The notes below the pieces were generated by a model that saw nothing but the letters and a program-made list of their open reading frames with translations, made no database searches and was not told the DNA's origin. The position numbers and the translations under genes are program-made. DNA of 64,000 nt. Source: Dictyostelium discoideum. Taxonomy: Eukaryota. The stretch lies in NCBI GenBank assembly GCA_000004695.1, contig CM000153.2, positions 3,744,001 through 3,808,000 on the forward strand. The letters run 5' to 3'. Positions 29,674-46,075 of the stretch are shown here, in pieces. Position 1 is the first letter of the stretch; every line of letters starts with the position of its first letter.

Positions 29674-29887
29674 TAATAATAATAATAGCAATAAGAGACA
29701 ATATGTTGGTCCACAATATCATCTATCAACCGAAATGAGAAATTTACTTTTGCCTGGTGTGTTCTCTTTAATTCAACAAACAAATAATAGTAGTAAAGAA
29801 TTATTTAATGCTTTGGAAGATACAGGAAAAGGAATTTTCCAAAATATTATTTCTCAATATCAATCATATAAATATACTGGAAAATAA
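29436..29887 (+). CDS. Large Urb2/Npa2-like protein, exon 3 (conserved C-terminus ..LLPGVFSLIQQ..LFNALEDTGKGIF..YKYTGK)
   Basis: TATAG acceptor at 29431-29435. The phase-1 junction gives ..SLRFLLYSVANE.., and the three exons total 6150 nt (2049 aa). The Urb2 assignment is from recall of the C-terminal motif and is only moderately certain. Confidence 0.55.
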
Positions 29888-30332
29888 ACAATTTTATTTA
29901 GGGATTCAGAATACTCTTTTTTTTTTCATTTTAATATATTTTTTTTTTTTAAACTTAATTTTTTATTAAATATTTAATATTTTAATTTTAATTTGTTTTG
30001 TTTTATTCTTCTTCGTTGTACACAGGGTCACAGGTTTCCCGCCATTTTTTGAAAATGGGGTCTATCCCTTTAAAATAAAAAACAATATGCTAAAAATTTA
30101 TCTCTTTTTATATCCAATGTTGAATTAATATTATCGACGCATGTCAAACTCTACATTATCAAAGATATCAACCAATGGATTACAGAGGTTGACCATCCTC
30201 ACCAATTGCAGTGGGTGTAATTGGAGCCGTGTTATCTAATGAATTTGGTGTGTAGTATTTTAGTCTCCAATTTATTTTGAAACTGTGAAAGTTTCCTGTT
30301 GTTATTGTTGCTGTTGCTCTTTCTGTTTTTGA

Positions 30333-30370
<38 letters not shown>

Positions 30371-31166
30371 AGTATCTTGGTAATATAGGTATTTGTGGTG
30401 GTGTTTCTAATGTTGTATTTGTTAGTGTTGTTTGAACATTTCGATATTGATAGTATTTTAACCATGTTGGTTTGTTGGGTGTTAAAGCAGAAAAAAAATT
30501 AAGATGGTAAAAGAAACATTAACTCAAACCACAATTTTTAAAAAAGGATTTAATGCACTTTTCCAAAATAGTGTTTGAATTGATTACCATAGAATTCCAA
30601 CACGTAAAACACATTCAACAAAGAGAGAGACTAGAATTGCAGAAGCATTAGGAAGAGGTAATTTCATTAGTGCTAAGGACAATCGCTAGATAACATAATT
30701 TTATACGCATAAAATGTTTTTTAAAAAAAAAAAAAATTAAAAAAATAAATTAAAAAAAAAAAAATAAACGGTGTTCTCTTTTTAATAAATATGCATTTTC
30801 TGTTTGTTCTTGTTTATTTTAAATAAAGTTATAAATAAAATTTTTAATTAAATTAAAGAAAAAAAAAAAAAAAACAGAATGGTTGCATTCATTTTTTTTA
30901 CTTTATATCATTTTGTGTATTTTTGAGAGCTCTATTTTACAAACTAAATTCATACTAAAAATAAATAAAATTAAATCGTTCTTAAAAAAAAAAACCAAAA
31001 AGAAAAAATAAATAAAAAAAAACATTAGAGAATATGGATAATAAAGGGGGGAATATAGTATAAAATTTTTAAATAATTAATTAATTTTTTTTTTTCCTTT
31101 TTTTTTTTAATAATAATAATTTTATTACTATTTATTTTTTTTTTCAAAATAAAAAATTTAATCCTT

Positions 31167-31204
<38 letters not shown>

Positions 31205-31455
31205 AAAAGGAAACAATAAATTAAAAAAAACAAATAAAATAAAGTAATAAATAATAAAAAAAAATAATCACAAAAAAAAAAAATGATCAAAAAAAAAAAA
31301 TATTCATAAAAAAAACGAATACTGTTCCGGCTCGTTTTTTTAAAAAAAAAAAATTGGCAAAAAATTTTTTCAATTTTTTTTTTTCAGTTGACGACCTCTC
31401 AAAATCAATTAAAATTTTTTTAGTTTTGTTTTGTTGAATCCTTAATACATTCAGA

Positions 31456-31458
31456 ATG
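31456..31458 (+). CDS. rpl18a: Ribosomal protein L18a (eL20), putative one-codon first exon (ATG)
   Basis: ATG followed directly by GTGCGT. This is the only in-register way found to supply a start codon to exon 2, so it is tentative. Confidence 0.35.
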
Positions 31459-31763
31459 GTGCGTATGCTATGACAGATTTTTTATATCACTATAATTATA
31501 TAATAATACATAAATAATTAGAATATATATTTAGATCAATAATTCAATGATTGTTATAAAGATTGACAAAGATTGATAATAATTGATGATAGATTATTGA
31601 TTGAGATAAAAATTTAGATATTGGATATAGGATACAACATAAAACATCATCATCATCATCCATCAATATCATCAACAATTATGATAATAAATAATATAAT
31701 AAAATGAAGTTATGAGAATAGGATACTAATAGAAATAATTACAAAATAATTTTAAATAATTAG

Positions 31764-32276
31764 CCTATCCACGAATTCCAAGTTGTTGGTCGTCACGTTC
31801 CAACTGAAAGAGATGCAAACCCAAAAATCTACAGAATGAGACTCTTTGCTCAAACCTCAATCCACGCTAAGAGCCGTTTCTGGTATTTCTTATCAAAGAT
31901 TGTTAAGATGAAGAAATCCACTGGTGAAATCCTCAACGTCACTGAAATCTTTGAAGATAAACCACAAAAAGTTAAGAACTTTGGTGTATTCATCAGATAC
32001 AACTCTAGATCTGGTACCCACAACATCTACAAGGAATACAGAGATCTCACTCGTTGTGGTGCTGTTTCTCAAATGTACGACGAAATGGCCTCACGTCACT
32101 CTGCTCGTGAATCATCCATCCATATCATTGATATCAAGGAAATCGCCGCCTCATTAACCAGACGTGCCAACACTAAACAATTCCACGATTCAAAGATTAA
32201 ATTCCCATTAACTCACAGAATTGCTAAATCAAAATCAACCTTTGTTGCCAACAGACCAAATACCTTCTTCTGTTAA
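31764..32276 (+). CDS. rpl18a: Ribosomal protein L18a (eL20), main exon
   Basis: TAG acceptor at 31761-31763. [81 protein letters not shown] aligns closely to human RPL18A. Confidence 0.9.
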
Positions 32277-32480
32277 ATTTAGATTTTAGGTGCCATATAT
32301 ACTAAATAAAAGGGATAGTTATTTAAAAAAAAAATATATTAAAAAATAGGTTTATAGTTGTGCAATTAATTTTTTTAAATAATTTTACAACATTTTACAT
32401 TTGGTTTTTCTTAATTTGGTTTTTTAGTTCATCTTTTAATTTTAAATAATTTTTATTATTATTTTATTGTCTCTTTTTAT

Positions 32481-32999
32481 TTAAATTAATTTACATGTTT
32501 TAATTTTGAATTCATTTTCTTTAAGAAGATTTTTTGATTCTTCTTTTTTAATAAGATAAATAATAGATATTATTATTACCAGAGCAAAACATACAGAACC
32601 TACTATTATACCAGCTAGTTGAGCTTTAGTTAATTTGGAATCGTTAATGGTAGTACAAATTGAATTATCACTTGAGGATGCAGATTTACTATCAATCAAA
32701 ACAGAAAAATCAGGATCTATGATTATTGAATTTGCATAATTTGGTAAAATGATACCAATGAATGATTGAGATGATGACGAACTTGAAATTGAGTTGATTG
32801 ATGAATCTAATAGTTCATTTGATTTTGTTTTTACTAGAAAGTCAACTATTGCTCTTTTAATAAATCTACCATATAAAGAATGATCATCAACTTTAATTTT
32901 TAAATAATTTGATATATCATAGAATTCATCAGTTTTTTCACCAAATTGTTTATCTGAACAAATATCATCAGTCTTTGAAGAAGAAAGTGATGCAGGCAT
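32481..32999 (-). CDS. Hypothetical single-pass membrane protein (TM helix LAGIIVGSVCFALVIIISIIYLI near the C-terminus)
   Basis: ORF 32481..33047; the first ATG is at 32997-32999, and there is no database-style homology. Confidence 0.4.
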   Translation of the reverse strand: MPASLSSSKTDDICSDKQFGEKTDEFYDISNYLKIKVDDHSLYGRFIKRAIVDFLVKTKSNELLDSSINSISSSSSSQSFIGIILPNYANSIIIDPDFSVLIDSKSASSSDNSICTTINDSKLTKAQLAGIIVGSVCFALVIIISIIYLIKKEESKNLLKENEFKIKTCKLI

Positions 33000-33151
33000 A
33001 ATCAATTGTAATCCATTTAATTTATTTTTAAATTTATATTGGGACAATTCAATTGTTTATTTTATAGTTGATGGATTCATTGTTAAATTTTGATTTGCAA
33101 ATATAATATTACTCTTTTCTTTATTTATAAATTATTTAGACGATCCTTTAA

Positions 33152-33525
33152 TTAATAAAATTCAACTTGATTGTTCATTTGTTGATGATTCGTTTGAAAA
33201 AATGAATCAGTCTGACTAAATCCTGATGAAAATCCTTGACTATCATAAAGTTTAATAAAAGTGATTACATAATTTTGAGAAGCGCAAACATTTGAAATAT
33301 TAACTACAATTTCATATTGACCTAAAAATTCATCACCACCAATTCTTGAAAGAGTTGTTAATTGATATTTATAAATTGATCCATCCAATTCACCCCTAAC
33401 TATAATTTCACCACCTTTAAATCCATTAATCTGATCTTCAATCTCTAATAACCATTTTACATAATTTGGATTAATTGAACTACTTTTAATAATTTTTTTA
33501 AATATTGGCCCATATAAATCAAATT
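33152..33525 (-). CDS. Hypothetical protein, exon 2 (stop at 33152)
   Basis: TTTTAG acceptor at 33526-33531. The phase-1 junction joins ORF 33591..33845 to ORF 33152..33388 in frame. Confidence 0.45.
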
Positions 33526-33601
33526 CTAAAATTAAAAATTTTAATTTTTATATATTAGTGTTTTACTTTATATATATTAATTAATTTTTTTTAATACTTA
33601 C

Positions 33602-33833
33602 TTGAAGAAGTTACATTTAATTGATAAGAATCAGATAAATAATAACTATAACTTGAATATAAACCCATAACAAAAGCATATGATAATTGTCCACTTTTAA
33701 AATTTGCAGGAATAGTAAATTCTACTTGAAACATTTTAATTGTTGAATTCCATATCGCATAGTTGGTTTTATCTACATTTTGATCATTAAATATAGCAAT
33801 TGAGGCATTTGGATCGGTATGATTTAAATGCAT
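33602..33833 (-). CDS. Hypothetical protein, exon 1
   Basis: ORF 33591..33845. GTAAGT donor at 33600-33601 (minus strand); the first ATG is at 33831-33833. Confidence 0.4.
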
Positions 33834-34074
33834 TATATTGTCCACTGATCTATTAGTTGTATCGATATTATTAAAAAGAAAAGATACATTTTTAATTTTC
33901 TAAATTTATTTTTTTTTATTTTTTTTTTATTTTTTTTATTTTCGAAACCAGGAAAAAAAAAATAAAAAATAAAAAAAAACTAATAATAATTATAAATAAA
34001 ATTTAAGGTATAACATAAAAATGAATATCGCAAAATAATAAAAAAAAAAAAAAATAAAATAAATAAAAAGTAAT

Positions 34075-34114
<40 letters not shown>

Positions 34115-34593
34115 AATTGGTTTTGTTATGGAAAATTATTTTTTTTATTTTTCCAATTTTTATTTTTATTTTTATTTTTATTTTTTTTTTTTATATCTTC
34201 TGGAGGATTTTGAGCATTTTGATTGACGTCATAAAAAAAAAAGTCATGCTTTTTGATTTTTTTCCTATTTTTTTTTTTTTAATTTTTTTTTTTTTTCCTT
34301 TATTTTAATTTTAATTTTTTTTTTTCTTTATTTCAATTGTAATTTTTTTTTATTTTTTTTTTATTTTTTTTTTTTTTTTTTTTTTTCTTACCTTTCAAAA
34401 GTCTTCATCATGTATATCCTCTATAAAAAATAAAAATAAAAATAAAAATAAAACTCAAACATAAGAAATTAAAAATATCCCCCCCATCGTCTACTTAAAT
34501 ATTTAAAAAAATCCAACACATTATTTTTTTTTTTATTTTTTATTTTATTTTTTTTTTTAAAAAATTATTTTAAAAAATTATTATTTAATTTAA

Positions 34594-34645
<52 letters not shown>

Positions 34646-34773
34646 TTTGTTATATTTAAATATATCATAAAAATTTGAGAGAATAATAATAATATTAATA
34701 ATAATAAAAATAAAAACAAAAATAATAATAATAATAATAATAATATAAATATATTAAAAATTATTATATAAGG

Positions 34774-35232
34774 ATGTCAGGAATCTATAGTAATAATAAT
34801 AATAATATAAATAATAATATTAATATAAATAATAATGATATAATTAATATAAATAATAGTAATAATATAAAGAATGTTATAGACCTTGGATTAAATCAAA
34901 ATAAATATTTAGTAGAACCGGATAAAGGTTGTTTATTTACGGCACAAACTACATTTAAAATCCAATATTCACCACAAATTTCACATGTCCTAACATGTAG
35001 AGAATATACGAAATCAGTCGAACAATTAAATTCAACAATAGAGCCTTTATTATCAAGTTTTAGATTAAACAATCTTTTATTCTTATTTATTTTATTATTC
35101 ATTCCATCAATTATTGTCACAGCGATTAATGCAAGTTTAGGAAAATTATTTTTGCCTTCTGTAATTGTTGGTGGTATTTCATTTCTAATTATAATATTTG
35201 CAATATTTAGAAAATCATTTTTACATAGAAAA
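34774..35232 (+). CDS. GOLGA7/Erf4-family (palmitoyltransferase-complex subunit-like) protein A, exon 1, with a two-helix TM hairpin
   Basis: KIQYSPQISHVLTCREYTKSVEQLNS resembles GOLGA7 [30 protein letters not shown] donor at 35233. Confidence 0.55.
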
Positions 35233-35289
35233 GTAATTTATTATTTATTAAATAAAAATAAAAATAAAATATTATATATATATTAACTG

Positions 35290-35322
<33 letters not shown>

Positions 35323-35330
35323 TCATTTAG

Positions 35331-35595
35331 CTTGTTCAAGGCATATCTAGAGATATTAGAGATTTTAATAAAAGGTTTCAAAGTCGTCAAGTTTTATTAG
35401 AATATTTAGTAACTACAAAATTTAATCAAAAGAATGGTAGAGAATATAGTATTAGTTTACATTTAATTTATCCAATAATAACATTAACTCCGGGAATGTT
35501 TTCAATAAATCAACAACAAGAACAACAACAACAACTACAGCAAAAACAACAAAATAAATCTCAAGAATTAGAATACCCACCCCCATTATCGATTC

Positions 35596-35630
<35 letters not shown>

Positions 35631-35696
35631 ACAGAACAAAATTACTATGATGAAGAGGATAACTCAAATGAAAACTCTTCACTTTTACGATTTTAA
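35331..35696 (+). CDS. GOLGA7/Erf4-family protein A, exon 2
   Basis: TTTAG acceptor at 35326-35330. ISRDIRDFNKRFQSRQVLLEYLVTTKFNQKNGREYSISLHLIYP resembles GOLGA7 [37 protein letters not shown]. Confidence 0.55.
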
Positions 35697-36013
35697 ATAA
35701 TAAATAATCAAAACAATTTAAATAAAATTGTTTCTATTATTATTTAATATAAAAAAAAAAAAAAAAAATTTATTCTGATATTTTGTACCAGGATTAAAAT
35801 TTTAATACACTGTCGTGATTTTTTGGGTGTTTTTATTTTTTATTTTATTTTTTTGGGTGTTTTTATTTTTTATTTTATTTTTTTTTTTAATTTTATTTTT
35901 TTTTATTTTTTTTTTTTTTTATAAATTTTTTATTTTTATAATTTTGCTTTTTCTTTTTTTTTTTGTGACTTTATAAACAATAAAAAAAAAAAAAAAAAGA
36001 GGAAATTAAATAA

Positions 36014-36487
36014 ATGGGATCTGAAGACCAACAACTACAACCACAAAATAATGGACCAATATACGGTCAACCAACATTAAAACAACAACAATTATACCAA
36101 CAATTAAATTCTCTACAACAACCACCACCACCACCACAACCAATTATAATTAGTTCAATAAGTGGAATGGTTCCAATTAGTAAAATTAAAATTAGAAATA
36201 ATGTAAATTGTGTTGGGAATTATACAACTTATAAAACTGATTACCCATTTGATTTGAATGGTGTAATGAGTGCTAAAGAATATATTAATTATATCAACGA
36301 TTTCAATAAAATAGTATCAATCAAAAAATATCCAATCATTACAATTGTGGTTCTCCAATTACTTTTAACTCTTCTAATAGTTATATTTGCAATTCAAAAT
36401 CTTTTCATACCTTTAGTAGTTTCCTTATCAATTTGTATATCATTTTCCTTTATTATAATAATTTTATCAATTTATATGGTTAGAAAG
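36014..36487 (+). CDS. GOLGA7/Erf4-family protein B (tandem paralogue), exon 1
   Basis: Same architecture as protein A (soluble N-terminal region plus TM hairpin), with a GTATGT donor at 36488 at the equivalent position after ..VRK. Confidence 0.5.
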
Positions 36488-36502
36488 GTATGTTAAACAT
36501 TA

Positions 36503-36579
<77 letters not shown>

Positions 36580-36661
36580 TTTAATAAATTGGTATAATAA
36601 TTCACATTTGTACTAATTTCATTTTCAATATTTATTTATTTATTTATATTTTCAATAATAG

Positions 36662-36967
36662 ACTGCTAATGGTATGAAGGATAAAGTTAAGGAAGTTAAT
36701 CAAAATTTATTAAATCGTAATATTTATTTTGAAGCTACACCAAAATATGTTACAAGTTCAGGAAAGAAATTTCATGTTAAATTATCAATTCATTTCCCAA
36801 CATTAGGATTTATTGTTCCACAACCAATACCACCACCAATGTATCAAACAAGTTTTCAACAACCATCTTCAATTTTAACAACACCAATTTATCAATCACA
36901 AACTAACCAACAACAATACATAAATACAATTGATGAAAATCATGAACAACAATCTTTATTAAAATAG
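36662..36967 (+). CDS. GOLGA7/Erf4-family protein B, exon 2
   Basis: ATAG acceptor at 36658-36661. NQNLLNRNIYFEATPKYVTSSGKKFHVKLSIHFP parallels exon 2 of protein A. Confidence 0.5.
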   Translation, partial: TANGMKDKVKEVNQNLLNRNIYFEATPKYVTSSGKKFHVKLSIHFPTLGFIVPQPIPPPMYQTSFQQPSSILTTPIYQSQTNQQQYINTIDENHEQQSLLK

Positions 36968-37231
36968 GGTTTTTGAAATCCTCTCTTGGATATATTTAAT
37001 TAAAAAAAAAAAAAAAAAAACTTTTGAGAATTACAAATCGTACTCTTTCAAAAGATTCATAAAAATAAAATAAAAAATTTTAAAAATAGAATTTATTTTC
37101 TTTAAAAATTTAATTATAGTTATTGTTTAATTTTAGAAAAACATTTAATTTTTTTTTATTTATACATATTACTGAATAAATAATTTATATAAGTTAACAA
37201 CTTTATTATCAATTTATACCTTTTTTTTTTT

Positions 37232-38967
<1,736 letters not shown>

Positions 38968-39043
38968 CTATTTTTTTTTTAAAAAAAAAAACAATTAATA
39001 AATATTAAATAATTAAAATAATAATAGGATAGGGTTAATTTAC

Positions 39044-39192
39044 CTTTACCAGTACCAAAATCAGAGATTTTAGCACAAACTAAATTTTCAATATTATAAG
39101 AAGCCATTAATATATTTTCTGGTTTTAAATCACGATGAATAATATCATTTTCATGTAAATATTCTCCACCTTTTGCTATATCAATTAAATAT
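39044..39192 (-). CDS. RLK-A kinase exon (HRDLKPENIL catalytic loop and DFGTGK)
   Basis: CAG acceptor at 39193-39195 and GTAAAT donor at 39042-39043. Confidence 0.8.
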
Positions 39193-39197
39193 CTGGG

Positions 39198-39228
<31 letters not shown>

Positions 39229-39293
39229 AATATAAATATGAATAAAGAAAATAATATTATTTATAAAAAATTTAATAAAATTAAATTATTTAC

Positions 39294-39700
39294 CTTATCT
39301 TTTGAGGAATTGTTATTTTAATATCTTTTCTATGAATTAAATCATTTAATGTACCTAATGGATAAAATTCAGTAACAATACCAAAGTTTTGATTAAAGAA
39401 TAAACAACCAGTTAGCTTTACAATATTTGGATGTTCTAATTTATCCATTAAACTAACTTCCCTTTGAATTTCAAAATGATTAAAAGTACCAAGTCTAAAT
39501 AATTTAACGGCTATTGATTGTTCTCTCCATAATCCAGAATAAACTACACCAAATGTACCTTCAGCTATATATGATTTAAGTATAATTTCATCGAAATCTA
39601 GATTTGGTGATGATTCACCCTCTATATGGATATAAAGAAAAGTTGACCATTTACAACTTCCATCAAATGATTCTATACATACTCCAATCTTTTCTAAATA
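39294..39700 (-). CDS. RLK-A kinase exon (subdomains I-V: AEGTFGVVYSGLWREQSIAVK..HPNIVKL)
   Basis: TATAG acceptor at 39701-39705 and GTAAAT donor at 39292-39293. The three kinase exons total 2292 nt and stay in frame. Confidence 0.75.
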
Positions 39701-39746
39701 CTATAATTTAAAATTTAATAAAATTAATAAAATTTAATAAATCATA

Positions 39747-39812
<66 letters not shown>

Positions 39813-39821
39813 TTTACTTAC

Positions 39822-43260
<3,439 letters not shown>

Positions 43261-43331
43261 CTATAAAAAAAAAAAAAAAAGTTGTTAGGATCACTATTTA
43301 TTTGAAAAAAAATAAATAATAACAGATATAC

Positions 43332-43562
43332 CTTTTGTGACTGCAATATTTGCTTTTAATTTTGGTACACCACTAAATGAAAGTGGTATAAAATTTTCAG
43401 CATTCTTATTATTCGGTATAGTATTATTACATATATCAGGATAGTACAGATTTTGAAAATTTAAATTATCATCTATATCAATTGGTTTTCCTGAAAATAG
43501 TTGAAATTTATCTATTCTATTTAAATTATAATATTCTTTTGGTGTATTTATTATTATGTTAC
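43332..43562 (-). CDS. RLK-A exon 2 (ectodomain N-terminal part)
   Basis: AAAG acceptor and GTATAT donor; homologous to RLK-B exon 2 (..LYYPDIC..). Confidence 0.55.
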
Positions 43563-43622
43563 CTTTAATAAAATTGAAAAGTTAGTAGAGGTTTTTTAAC
43601 CGAAAAATATATCAATAATTAC

Positions 43623-43680
43623 CTTTGGAAAAGATATTTATGCTCAAACATAAAATTAACACTTTGAGAAGTAATCCCAT
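43623..43680 (-). CDS. RLK-A exon 1 (signal peptide MGLLLKVLILCLSINIFSK)
   Basis: ATG at 43678-43680; GTAATT donor at 43621-43622. Confidence 0.55.
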
Positions 43681-43906
43681 ATTAAAAAATCGAAGGTAAA
43701 GAAACAAAATTTTTGAAAAAAAAAAAAAAAGATTTTAAAAAAAAAAACGATAAAAAAAAAAAGATTTAAAAAAAAAAAAAAAATTGGTGGCCAAAAGATT
43801 AATAAATACATCAAAAATTGTTATTTAAATTTTAAAATGAATTTCATTTTTTTACCTTTTTTATTTTTATTTTTTCGTTCGTTTTATTACATTTTATTTT
43901 ATTTTT

Positions 43907-43945
<39 letters not shown>

Positions 43946-44416
43946 CTTTTTTTTTTCAAAAAAAAAAAAAAAAAAATGTAACGTTTTATTAATAATTTCT
44001 ATTAGTTTTAATTTCTTTAGAAAGTCAAAAAAAAAAAAATTAAATTAAATTAAACAATGTTAAACTTTTTTATTTTCTTTTTTTTTTTTTTTTTTCGTTT
44101 TAAACTTTTTTCTTTTTTTTTTTTTTTTTATAAAAAATTTTTTTTTTTTTTTTTTTATTTTTCTTTTTCACCTCCAACAAGCCAAAGTTGCTTTTATTTT
44201 AGCAATTCCTCCAGGTATCAATATAAAACAATGAAAGACATACATAAGCAAAATATAATGGATTCCCTCAGGTTTTCTCATTAACTTGGGAAAGATGAAT
44301 AAAAGACAGTTATTTCAATTGGTTAGATTTTTAAATTTTTCTTGGTTTCCGAAGAATATTATTGGCAATTTACAAATTTTTTCTTTGGAGATTTCGATCA
44401 AAATCGTTTTACAAAA

Positions 44417-44465
44417 ATGAAATATCTTTGGTTATCTTTGTTAACTTTTTCAATTATTTTAAAGT
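44417..44465 (+). CDS. Secreted paralogue of the RLK ectodomain N-terminal module, exon 1 (signal peptide MKYLWLSLLTFSIILK)
   Basis: ATG at 44417; GTAATT donor at 44466. Confidence 0.55.
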
Positions 44466-44551
44466 GTAATTATTAATTCCTTACAGAATTTTTCATTTTT
44501 AAAAGGATGATACTAATACTCTTTTTATTTTTTTTAATGATAATATTATAG

Positions 44552-45603
44552 ATTCGTATTGTCAAGAAATATACACATTTGATTGGTCATCTCCACGTGT
44601 CAATATTAATGGACACTCACATTTTAAAGTTGATTACTATCCAGGAACTACCAATGCAAATTATAAGGGTGACTTTTTTCCAGATGTAGAGTCAAATCCA
44701 AATGTAAAGAAATATTATTTCACAGCAGATTGTACCATCGATTCAAATACAGATTTCTCTATTCCAGGTTTTATTACACCGGCTTTGAATAAAACAGATA
44801 ATCCTTTTCCACTTATTACAAATTATAATTCAGTTTTAATTGTACCTTATGGAATGACAGTTACAATCAGTGGTTACATTCAACCAATTCTAACGTTATT
44901 AATTAAGGGTAAGGTTGTCCTCAAACCAACTGTAGTAACCAGATATTGGGCTGGTAAAACCATTATATTTCCAACAGGTGTATTCGAATCAGCTCCAACA
45001 TCATTAGCTTTCAACCATTCAATTAAATTTTATAGTCCCTCATATTGGGAGTTTCCAGAGTGGGACCCACTTCAAACATCAACATTTATTTCATTGGGTG
45101 GCACTGTTACTCTCACTGGTTTGAATTCAGATTCTATGTGGACAGGTAGAAATAGTTCATTCACATCATATGGTGGAACCTTTTTAAATACCCCATTCCC
45201 CTTCGACACTGCTAACAAACCTGTATTCAAAATGGGTGGAACAAGAGATACATTTGGTAATATCAATTATGTAATGAATAATTATTATACCTCATTTAGC
45301 CCATCCACAGGTCCGAATTTTTTAGAAGATACAAGTTTTGCTGGTGCAGGTTACATCCTTATGCGTCCATTTACTAAAAACCTTTTCATTACAGGTGAAG
45401 CAAATTGCTCAATGGTATTTACATTAAACTCAACAGTTAATATCCAGAATAGCGTTTTTTTTGATGTTGGCCACACTTCACCAGAATTATTAGATGATAA
45501 TATAATCAGTTCAACCTATAGTGTAACCAAAAGAGGAAATAACATACCAGATAGATACCCAATTACTTTATTACATAACCAAGTTGATAAAAATTATCTC
45601 TAA
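44552..45603 (+). CDS. Secreted paralogue of the RLK ectodomain N-terminal module, exon 2
   Basis: TATAG acceptor at 44547-44551. The two exons total 1101 nt (366 aa). The motif EFPEWDPLQTSTFISLGGTVTLTG parallels RLK-B KFPLDPMGYFPGILALGGSLTLIG. Confidence 0.65.
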
Positions 45604-45730
45604 AAGGTATGTTATCACCAGGATTGGTGGATTTTATTACGACTGTTGTTTTTTTATACAAACCTTTGTAAACAGAGGATACATTATTCTTTGCAAGTAA
45701 ACTATGATATTCTAAATCATTAAGATCAAA
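45563..45730 (-). CDS. RLK-B degenerate kinase remnant, terminal exon (subdomain I-II equivalent without GxGxxG: LAKNNVSSVYKGLYKKTTVVIKS; premature stop)
   Basis: Aligns to RLK-A AEGTFGVVYSGLWREQSIAVKLF. Its 3' end overlaps the opposite-strand gene at 45563-45603. Confidence 0.5.
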   Translation of the reverse strand, partial: FDLNDLEYHSLLAKNNVSSVYKGLYKKTTVVIKSTNPGDNIPFRDNFYQLGYVIK

Positions 45731-45797
45731 CTGAAGAAAATAAAGTGTAATTAGTACGATGTTTAAGATGCTAATAATATATGATTTTTTCACTTAC

Positions 45798-45872
45798 ACG
45801 AGTAGATAATTCTGATTCAACTTGAATATATAGGAATGAATGCATTGACTCTGAACTTTCTATTGTATTAAA
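45798..45872 (-). CDS. RLK-B juxtakinase exon (FNTIESSESMHSFLYIQVESELSTR)
   Basis: Homologous to RLK-A LEKIGVCIESFDGSCKWSTFLYIHIEGESSP; CCAG acceptor and GTAAGT donor. Confidence 0.45.
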
Positions 45873-45954
45873 CTGGACAACAATTTTTTCAAAAAACTAA
45901 AAAATAATGATTAGAATAAAATTTAAAAAGTTTAATGTTAATAGATCTGCTTAC

Positions 45955-46041
45955 TTTGGTGGTGCAATTTAGTGTCAAAGAGAGTTTTACAGCTTTTTCA
46001 GAATTTGGCTCCAATTCAAAATGATAATGATCTGCAAAGAC
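45955..46041 (-). CDS. RLK-B cytoplasmic exon (VFADHYHFELEPNSEKAVKLSLTLNCTTK)
   Basis: Homologous to RLK-A FFEIYPGKTEIGEIDITLICSTK; TTAG acceptor and GTAAGC donor. Confidence 0.45.
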
Positions 46042-46075
46042 CTAATTATTAAAAAAAATTAGTAAATTGTAAACT

